A program made the position numbers and the translations under genes. From Geosiphon pyriformis uo1 (Eukaryota > Fungi > Glomeromycota): 64,000 nucleotides of DNA. The notes under the pieces were generated by a model. It was given only the letters and a program-made list of their open reading frames with translations. It did no database searches and was not told the origin of the DNA. Each line of letters starts with the position of its first letter. Position 1 is the stretch's first letter. Shown here piece by piece: positions 53,102 through 62,699 of the stretch. Location of the stretch: NCBI GenBank assembly GCA_016748015.1, contig JAAOMT010000607.1, positions 186,001-250,000 on the forward strand, read 5' to 3'.

Positions 53102-54400
53102 ATCCATGTGATACAACATACCATTACCACCAAAGAAACTTATCTCATCTATTTAAAGCCTTATCAATCTAATTAACACAATAATAAGTTTATCAAGAAA
53201 GAGATAAACTGGATGAAAGATCTTAGATTCATACAAAAAACCAAAAGTGGATGGGCTTTTCCAGTTGTAGTAGTATCCAAAAAAGATAGAACCCTATGCT
53301 TCTGCATCAATTACTGCTAACTAAATGCCATTATTATAAGAGACATGTACCCACTCCCCAAAATTGATGTAATGCTAGATAAATTCAATAGTGCTGCTTT
53401 CTTCTTAATTATTGACTTAACTGTTGAATTCTGGCAAGTAAAGATAGATCCAGAAAGCAGAAAGAAAACTGCTTTCATTACCAAGTATGGCACCTATAAA
53501 TTCACAGTCATGCTTTTTGGTCTCACCAATACCTCTCCTACCTTTCAACACCTAATAAACAAAGTGTTTAAATCAGTGAAAAAAAACTTTGTTCTAGTTT
53601 ATTTGGATGATATAATAATATACTTAAAAACCTGGAATAAACACCTTGAATATTTGCAGAAAATTTTTGATCTGCTTAAAAATGCTGGCCTTAAGATCAA
53701 CCCAATCAAATCTTTCTTTGGATGCCAATCCACCCAGTTTTTTGGTCATTTTATTACAAAAGATAGAATTTTCTCTGACCCAGCTAAAGTTGAAAAAGTT
53801 CAGAACATTAAACAACCAATGAATGTTTCTGAATTACACTCTTTCTTTGGTTTGGCTTCTTATTATTGCAAATTTATTAAAGATTTCTCCAAAATCGCCT
53901 TTCCACTTAATCAGCTACTTAAAAAAAATGTCAATTATCACTGGAGCACTCATCAACAAAAAGCTTTTGAAATTCTAAAGAAAAAACTTGTTACTGAACC
54001 AATTCTTAAGTAATCTGACTTGGACCAACCTTTTATTCTCCATACTGATACATTTAACTATGGACTTGGTGCTGTCCTGTTACAAAAAGATAAAGATGAT
54101 AGAGAATATGCTATAGCATATACCAGTAGATTCCTTACACCAGCAGAAAAGAACTATTTAATAACTAAACAAAAATGCTTAGCAGTAGTTTGGACTACTA
54201 ATTATTGGGATCAATATCTTCTTGGTGCAAAATTCTTAGTGGTAACAGATCATCAAGCCTTGGTTTGGCTACACAACAAAAGAAAGCTGGAACACAAATG
54301 GATAACTTGCTGAATACTTTACTTAAACAAATTCAACTATGACATTCAACACTACAAAAAAGCTAATTATCAAAACACTGACACTCTCTTCAGACTTATT
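53102..54400 (+). pseudogene. pol: E7 reverse transcriptase and RNase H
   Basis: ORFs 53345..54013 (YPLPKID, YLDDIII) and 54020..54313 (LHTD, LGAVL, VVTDH). Confidence 0.92.
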
Positions 54401-54479
54401 ATCTAATAATAGTACAACCTCTTAACCAAATCAACTTAATTATTAGTAACTCTCTTATAAACAAACACAATAATGAATT

Positions 54480-55787
54480 TGGACAACTATTTTGTCTTAA
54501 TAGAATTTTTGGGTAAAGGACAATACTTACCGAATTACACTTAACCGCAAAGAGAACATTTGTGCAAACAATCAAATTTCTATTTGATTTACCAGAACCA
54601 ATTATATAAAAAAAACAAAAAAGATCCTAACCATCCCCAAAGAGTCATAAGATTTAAAGAAAAAGAAATTGTGATCTATAACATGTATACTGATCTATTA
54701 GCTGGACACTTTGGAAAAACAAAAACAATTCAGAAAACATTAGCTTGCTATTATTGGCCTACCTTGGAAAAGAACATTGCTGAATACATTAAAACCTATG
54801 GCATCTGTCAAAGAAAAAGCAAACCCAATCACAAAGAAGATATCCACCCAATTTCTGTTGGTCAACTATTTGACAGAATTAATATAGATGTTGTTAGATC
54901 TTTAACAATAACTTCTAATAACAACAAATACATTATTACAGCTACTGATTATCTTACAAAGTGAGTAGAAGCAAGAGTTATTCCAGACCAAACAGCAGTC
55001 TCAATAGCCAATTTTATTTATGAAGATATTATCTGCTGTTATGGCTGCCCCAAAAAACTTTTATCTAATAGAGGAAGAGCTTTTCTCAGTACACTGGTTG
55101 AAGAACTTTGTAAAAAAATGGGAATACATTATAAACTTTCTTTTTCTTACCACCCTTAAACAAATGGCCTAGTGGAACATTTCAATAGAACATTATATAA
55201 AACTCTAACCAAAACCAGTAAAAAAACAAACTTATGGAACAAAATACTGCCTTTAGTATTGTTTGTTTATAAAACTGTGAATTATGACATAACAAGTTAT
55301 AAACCTTTTTATCTGTTCTATGGATGCATGGCAACACTACCAATAGAAACTAATATTAAGATAATACTCTTTGAAGAAATCACAATAGGAAATTACAAAG
55401 ACATTTTGCAAAGAAGACTTAGTACTATTCTTGACTCCTTGGTAAAAACATGAATAATTGCTTTTGAAAAGATAAAACAGTTCCAAGAAAAGCTCAAAAA
55501 GAAAAAAACTTATAAAACACTTTTTTTAAGTATTAATAACTTGGTATTAGAATATTGTTTAGACAAAGACAATGTCTATGGTGATAAATTCTCTAACTGG
55601 TAAAAAAGACCCTTTATAATCAACAAAGTTTTGAACAATGGTTCTTATATTCTTCAAGATCAATTTAGAACAATCTTCAATGATTGTTCTGTTCATGGTA
55701 CATAATTTAAGAAATATTATAAATGACCTGATTGGTTGTCTGTTGTAGTAATACCAACCCAATTAATCAGCAAAAATCAAGTATAAA
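54480..55787 (+). pseudogene. pol: E7 integrase
   Basis: ORFs 54560..54964 (AGHFG…YYWP…ICQ; IDVV; TDYLTK) and 55172..55453. Confidence 0.88.
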
Positions 55788-55790
55788 TAA

Positions 55791-56425
55791 ATGCATTATT
55801 TCCAAAACAAAGGTATCTTCAATCAACATAAACAATTATTTTCTGGATCAAAACATTTAAAACGTTTTCTATACTCTCTATAAGTATTGAATCAAAAATT
55901 ATTCAAATACTATTTTGACTATTGGAAAACAGACCACCATAACTAATAACAGTGAAACACATACTGTTATTAAACCAAAAAAAACTACTACCAGAAGAGA
56001 AAAAATTGGTAGCAAAATAGATAAATACTTGTTAGAAAGTATAACAGCAGCTATATTTCTACTTTCTAGCACAATTGGAAAAACAATTCAAAAAATCTTG
56101 CCTATAAACAAAAATTTGTCATATAGAAGGCAATTAAAATTTTATGGTTGTCTTGAAAAAATCATAGGGGATATAAAACTTTTGAAGAAAACAACTTCAG
56201 AAATACAGGCAGAAATTTTGGGCATTATATGATTAGATGTCCCAAGAGTTTTAACTATTATTAAAAAAGCCAAAACTTTAATACAAAGATTTGGTCTCTT
56301 GGATACAAAACTCATTTTACCTTAAGTACTATATATCTTATCCACAAAAAACTTCAACAAACTAGTTAGCTTTGAGATTACATCATGAATAGCTTGATTT
56401 TACCAAAGCTCAATTTCTTTGGAAA
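55791..56425 (+). pseudogene. E7 ORF3 (divergent)
   Basis: ATG 55791 just after the IN stop; ORF 55915..56232; tail …DFTKAQF beside the PPT. Confidence 0.55.
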
Positions 56426-56431
56426 AAATAA

Positions 56432-57088
56432 TATTATAATTAAAACCTATACTTCTTATTAATTATCACATGTATTAGCCACTAATGTCACATAATTAGC
56501 CACTCTATTTTTAGATAGTGATCATTGATCTGATCATTGACCACTTTTGATAGCTATATAAGTAATGAATCTCTTAGTTGTAGAAAAGCATGTAAAAATT
56601 AATGTAAAAGAAATCAAGAAAATAAAAGTAATAAAATAACAACTTTATCTCAATCCTTCTCTTCTCACTAATTTCTTTTTCCCTATCTTCAAGTATCTGA
56701 ACATCTTAAAGATAAAAAATTACTTATTGGTTATTCCTTACTCTTTCCTGAAATGTGTAATTGCAACATTTAAAGATTATTGAATAAAACGTGACTGAAG
56801 AGTATATTTGATATCTGATATTGAATTCTAAGAGTACTGACATAAGACATAGAATTATACCAGTGTGTAATCATTTGTTGACAGTACAGATTATCTCTCT
56901 ACCTTCAGATTCCCCAGTTATCATTTGAAAAGTATAATAACTGAGATATTTTATAAGACTGATCTTGCACATTAAATCCATACTCATTCAATTCACTTTT
57001 TGAAGTTAAATTCTTTTTAATTCCTTTCATCACTCTACAATCTTGTTCTCTCTTGCTATCTGTTAGCTTGTTACTCCAACTCATAACA
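56432..57088 (+). repeat. E7 3' LTR
   Basis: Direct repeat of 39563-40220. Confidence 0.9.
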
Positions 57089-57092
57089 GTAG

Positions 57093-57362
57093 TGTATGAT
57101 GTATAGGTAAAGGTTGTTGCTTGGTGTTTTTCTTCCTCTCTTTCTTTCCCTTTTCCCTTTTCCTCTCATATAGACATTAATAACAAGCTATTGTGGTCCT
57201 TGTCAACTCATGAGACTTGGTAGGCTTTCCAAGGAGGTCTTTTTTTCTCTTTTTCCAATTCAATTAGTGGGACTTGAGTAGTATTAGTTGGTTTAAAATA
57301 ACTGCACATGGCTGGTACCTGAGTGTGCTGACTGTTTTGGCTGAATTGTAATTTTTGAGTGG
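57093..57362 (-). pseudogene. pol: E2 protease C-terminal fragment
   Basis: ORF 57208..57396: TQKLQFSQNSQHTQVPAMCSYFK. Confidence 0.75.
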
Positions 57363-58237
57363 TGTTATGGTTTAAAAATTTAGCAAAAAGAATCATAAAA
57401 ATAATACAAACTATTCAATCATAATATAACACAGTAATAATCTTAGAAAGGTAATGATTAACATAGTAGCAAACACCATCTTGCTATAGTGGCAAGCACC
57501 AGCTCACAATAGCAGCCAATACCAACTGGTAATAGCAGCAAACACCAGATTGAAATATCAAAAAGAAAGTATTACAATGTGTTTTCTTATAGAACTACAA
57601 ACATGTATATATACAATAGTTTTAATATTGAGAAATAATCAATCAAGTAATAAAAATCATAACTTATCAAGCAATAGATCCAATTTTATCTAACAAACTT
57701 CACTTTAAATCATACTTTCAAATTAAATATCCCAAGAAATCTTTAAATCAAAAAGAAATAAAAAAGAATATTTAAAACTGAATTATCACAACCCAAAGTA
57801 TTAAGAAACTTACTTGTATTATTTATTGAATAAAACTATCATTCATCAACTGAATCCCTTGGAAGAATAATCTTTGATCAAGATTATTTACATTGTTACT
57901 AATTAATAAAAGCTTTATTGTAAGAATTAGAAAAGTGCTAAAAACTATTAACATTCTGTGTTTCTAGATTAGAGAAACACATCAGGCAATTGCAAGGATA
58001 GCCTCAGAGAAGACCCCAGACAGTGGGTAGATTTCAGTTCAGCCTCTGAGAAGGAGTACATAAACACACACAACAATCAAGAATCAAAGAATAACTTACA
58101 TCACAACAGTAAAAAGAAAGCCTTCAATGTAACAGTAACATTATCACACAAATAGAATTGAGGAACTCACGAAAGACTGATTGCAATTAAAACGGAATAT
58201 CAGCAATTAAATATAACAAGAAAACTATCCCATAACA
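57363..58237 (+). repeat. E10 5' LTR
   Basis: tgttatgg…cataaca; TATA-like gtatatatac at ~57605; short U3 repeats at ~57465-57550. Confidence 0.92.
57998..58054 (+). promoter_or_regulatory. Conserved covarying RNA structure in the LTR (putative cis-acting RNA element)
   Basis: ATAGC-CTCAGAG-AAG-ACCC…GGGT-AGA…CAGC-CTCTGAG-AAGG; families A/B use CTGGTAA/TTACCAG at the same position. Confidence 0.55.
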
Positions 58238-58239
58238 TT

Positions 58240-58256
58240 TGGTGAACTCTACAAGG
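58240..58256 (+). promoter_or_regulatory. E10 primer-binding site (different tRNA from A/B/D)
   Basis: TGGTGAACTCTACAAGG, 2 nt after the LTR; E9 has TGGTAAACCCTACAAGG. Confidence 0.75.
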
Positions 58257-58319
58257 AAAGAAAATCAAAAAAGAAATAATAATTAGCAATAATTCATTGC
58301 TAAAAAGGAAAAAACAAAA

Positions 58320-60330
58320 GTGGCAACAAAAACCCCTAATCTTACTGTTCTTGAATTCTGCCATGCTATTTACACACAAAATCAAAGTGATCTTGGATTA
58401 CCAGAAGGGTGTTGTCCAGCAGAATCTGCCCTCACTTATTATATCAACGCCAGAATAAATTATCATATAGGAAAGGAAGAAGAACCACACGATGCAAAAC
58501 TTGGATTGTATAGAGAATTATCACAATACACTACAAAAAAAGTAGCAGTAATAGCTGCAACTATTGTCAAAATCCATTGAGAAATTGAGCAATACACCAA
58601 TGAAAATTTTCCAATATCCACAGGAAACACTAGGGAATGCGCCAACAAAACCAAAAAAAATTTAGAAACTAATCAGGAAAGTAACCAGCAAAAACTAAGA
58701 ACACCAGCTCAAACGCCAAAGAAAACTGTTACTCAATCAATAAAAAAACAATGTATTTAGTCACCAGAAGATAAATCATACCATTTTTCACCAGAAAATA
58801 AGATATAAATTCCATTAGGAGCTGCATCATCATCAACATCAACTCCACAAATGCCAAGAACTCCTAGTTATACTGATAAAATTAAACAACGTAACTGGGA
58901 AGACATACCAATTACAGGAGGATATTCATCACTATTCCAAAACCCTCTTTTTCAGCCAAAATTTAGAACGGAGTTTGAAAACCGTGAAGAGAAGTCTGAA
59001 TCGGAATCCGAAAAAAAGACCAGTGAAAAAACAATTACAAGACCAGTCACTGAAACAAGCAGCCAGTCCAGAAACCAAGAAACTCATAATTAAAAGGAAG
59101 AACCGGATATAAGGGAAGCCACCTTTAGGAACGCTCAAGAAAATATCATCTCACCTCCTCTTAGACCAATAAACCCACCAGCAGAAAACGGCAATGAAAT
59201 GACCACACCATACATTGCAAGACTAACAGATTTCTCAGGAGAGGAGAAAGAAACGGACATGCACACATGGCTCAGAGAAGCACAAAAAGCCATCCAGGCA
59301 AATAACTGGAACGACCAAAGAGCAATTCAAACATTATCTTTCTTCCTGAAAGGCACAGCCAACTCGTGATATCAAAGCCTGGAAACAAAACCCACAAGCT
59401 TTGCCAAATTTAAAAATGCACTCCTGAAGTATTTTAACAACCCAAATGCCGTAATCCAACTACAGAATGAATTCAATACTATCAAGCAAAATACTGGTGA
59501 AACTGTCACCCAATACCTTGCTCGATTCAATCGAATTCACCATCAGATTGAAGCAATTGAACAAGGATACTATACTGATCCTCAGGTTTTAAATCAGTTT
59601 ATTAGAGGATTAAAAAGCAGCAATTTAGGAAGAGTATGCCCTGCCCACCCTAATTTCTTACCAGAAGCCATTACGCTTGCCAGAGCCCTTGAATCGGCTG
59701 AGAAAGAAGCTAACCATAGTCAAATGGTTAACATGATAATGGAGAAAAATAAGACAGAAACATTAGAGAAAAAAGTAACGCAATTAGGAGAGAAACTTTC
59801 TAAGAAAATAGAAAGTTACCTCATTCCGGATCCGAAAAAAAATACATACCAACCACCCCAAAGATGCAGCCAGGAAGTCAGCAACAGTCGAAATAATTGC
59901 TCATCACGCCAGGAATTCAGAACAGAAATGCGTGCCTGCCATTTTTGCAAATGCATAGGACATTTGATTAGTCAATGTCGAATGCGAATGATGCAGAAAG
60001 CACGCGAAAATAATTACTACGCGCCACCCCAAATGCCCAGAAACCAGTACACGCCAATACCACGCCAATATTCCACCACATATCAAAATCAAGGAGCTTA
60101 CCAGCAACAGCCCATGATAGCCAACCCGAATTGGCGTCTCGAGGCCTGAAATCAGCCTATGTGAAACCAGAATGCGTTGGTCCAGAGGAATCCAAACCGT
60201 GCCAGAACCAATCAGCAAACCAATCCAAACTACCAAAATTATCAACAAACTTATCTTAATATACCAGAAAATCTGATCATCAGAAACAATGACAGTAGAA
60301 ACATAAACAAAACCAAAAATTCTTCCAAAT
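58320..60330 (+). pseudogene. gag: E10 gag (N-terminal extension, capsid, CCHC knuckle 59937-59978)
   Basis: One reading frame broken only by point nonsense changes. Confidence 0.9.
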
Positions 60331-60399
60331 TGAGCCAGACAATACCACCAGCAGTTGCCACCAAAGATAGCAGCCTCGCAGCTATTTTTCCTTTTGAAT

Positions 60400-60840
60400 T
60401 AGAGGAAAACGAGGCTATGTTCAGTGGAGCAGCATTGGACGAAAAATGCCCAATCACTGCTATGTATACGGAAGCCACTGTAAACAATACCCCAATTAAA
60501 CTTATCTTAAACAGCGGATCCGCTGGAAGCATCGTAACACTTCAACTAGTAAACCAACTGGGTTTCAAAGTTGATCGTGCTGCGATGTCCCAAATCATAA
60601 CAGCTGATGGAAATACAAAGCTGTCTCATGGCGAAATTGACTCATTCCTTTTCGAAATTAACGGCATAGTAATATCTACAAAAGTATTAGTAATGGATGC
60701 TACACAATATCAAGCATTAGTAGAGAATGACTGGCTAACAAAAGCCAACGCCATCCTAGACTGGACCACCCAAGAGCTTCTAATCAATTATAATGGCCAT
60801 CAGGCCAAAATTCCAGCCACCTGTGGCCACTTCCAAAAAC
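60400..60840 (+). pseudogene. pol: E10 aspartic protease
   Basis: IKLILNSGSAGSIV (catalytic D>N) and ALVENDWL. Confidence 0.88.
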
Positions 60841-61037
60841 CCAGCACCAACCAAAGACCTACCTTCGAATTTGAGGAAAATTCAGCACTACCAGCCATCA
60901 AAACCTATCAGCTCTTTTGGGCTGATGACCAAAGAACAGGACTACCAGCCATACCAATGTGGACCAGTGAAGAAAGATCCGAATGGAACCAGGTAAGTTC
61001 ACAAAGAAACCACCAGTGACGCAGACCAAAGCTAGAA

Positions 61038-61630
61038 TGCTCGGTTTGCAAGAAGAAACTCTCGTCTATGACTGTGTGCAGCGCACCGGACGAAGATCCA
61101 AGAAACTCCACCCACTACTATTGTAACCGTTGTAACAAAGAAAAATACAGTTACCCAGAAAGACATGGAAAATGGGACAAAGAACTGTGCCTCACTTGTG
61201 GAGAACCATTACCAAGAGGGTGCGACTGGAACAACATACCAGGCAGAGAAGGAACGTGTGATGCAACTTGCCAATACACAATCTTCATCTGTGACTGGGT
61301 AAGAGGAAAAATGCCGTTTAAAGCAGCATTCAACAGAGCATTAAGAAGACTGCAGCACTACCTACATGATGAAAATAAGTTATACAACACTACACAAGCC
61401 AAAGTAAGAGAAGGAACCGCCAAAGAAATACGACGTTGGAAAGAGTCAGCCAAAATAGCTGACGAAGTCACTAGCTACAACATGTTCGACCCAGTAGACA
61501 AATTCCAGGACTACTACCAACAACTATGCCCCATTCGACAAGAGCAAGAACAATACCTCGCCCAAATCAACACTTATCTCTGCGAAAACTGTCTTATCCC
61601 GTGCCAAAATCAGTGCTGTGAAGAGTGTCA
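61038..61630 (+). pseudogene. E10 Cys-rich putative zinc-binding domain
   Basis: CSVC, CNRC, CLTC, CDATC and CENCLIPCQNQCCEEC, in frame between protease and dUTPase. Confidence 0.75.
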
Positions 61631-61779
61631 AGACGAAAGGGACTTAGAAAAAAAAATGGAAATTGAGAATCAGCAGTCTCAAAATCAATCAATAAATCAA
61701 CAAGACTCACCTGACAGTCCCGAGTCAGAAAAATTTGTAGCCTATACTGACCTAGAACAGGTGACCGACATCCGATACT

Positions 61780-62200
61780 TTGACAACAGGCACTTAGGAA
61801 TAATACCCAAAAGAGCCCATCCAACCAATACTGGATTCAATCTATGTTATCCAGAAGACCAATCCACAACGTTACCACCCAAGAGCATTACCAAAATCGA
61901 TCTAAAAATAGTGGTTGAAATTCCGCCAGGAATAATGGTTCAAATGGCGTCGCAATCAAGCCTCGCGAAAAAAGGAATAAGCATTCAAGGAGGAGTAATT
62001 GACTCTTGGATACACTAGAAATTTGATGGTTTTGCTACAGAACAATTCAGAAAAGCCTTATACCATTGAATCTAAGGAAAAAATTGCACAAGCAATTTTC
62101 TTACCATTGGTAAAAATTGGGAAATTCGTGCCAGTGAAAAATTGTGAGGAATTGTCACAAACAACGAGAGGAACTTTTGGTTTTGAATTGACAGGAAAAG
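61780..62200 (+). pseudogene. dut: E10 dUTPase domain
   Basis: HPTNTGFNL, SQSSLAKKG, GGVIDS/GYTRN (1-nt insertion ~62007), EKIAQAIF, RGTFGFELTG = motifs 1-5. Confidence 0.92.
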
Positions 62201-62249
62201 GAATTGAAACAAATTTCACTAAAACAATAGAGGAAAAAGGCAAAGTAAT

Positions 62250-62500
62250 TAAAAATGAGCAGTCCATTATGTTCCTACCATATGGAAAATCAGAAATAAG
62301 AATAAAAAGGACAATTAAAGAAAAAGACCTAATATTTGAGCTCTACCCAGAAACTTGCCAACAGTTTCTCATAGGACTTACTAACCTTTTTATTCCAGCT
62401 GATAAAGCTCAATGGATAAAAATTTCTATTGCAAACACCACAGAAGAACCTGTCTACATTCTGGAAGATACCATCATTGGATACCTCGGAATGGAGCTAG
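62250..62500 (+). pseudogene. E10 degenerate second dUTPase-like domain
   Basis: LPYGKSEIRI…IKISIANTTEEPVYILEDTIIGYL echoes dUTPase beta-strands without the catalytic motifs. Confidence 0.45.
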
Positions 62501-62699
62501 AAAACGCGTCAACACCACAAGAAATTCTAAATTTCCCAGAAATTGCCCTCTACTGTGAACTCACTTCAATAGATTGGCAACAACTGTTAGAATGCTATCA
62601 ATTTACGCCAGAAGAATTGGCCAAATTAAACATTGGAACAATGGATCCTGACCAACAGTGACAATTAAAAGCATTAATTTTAAAATACTCTGATATATT

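Larger units (their letters stand above)
39563..57088 (+). mobile_element. E7: Ty3/Gypsy family D (no dUTPase), interrupted by E8
   Basis: LTRs 39563-40220 and 56432-57088; PBS 40227-40243; gag-PR to 43192, resuming at 53098; TSD atga/gtag (decayed, weaker). Confidence 0.88.
2012..57362 (-). mobile_element. E2: Ty3/Gypsy family A host element, split by E3, E6, E7 and E10; 5' end lies beyond the window
   Basis: Segments 2012-3052, 29339-30612, 36548-39562 and 57089-57362 join colinearly across 4-bp TSDs as 3'LTR-ORF3-IN-RH-RT-dUTPase-Cys domain-PR. Confidence 0.8.

Noticed and set aside
61780-62200. Host or DNA-virus dUTPase gene
   Set aside because: It is embedded in frame in Pol at the same position in six elements.
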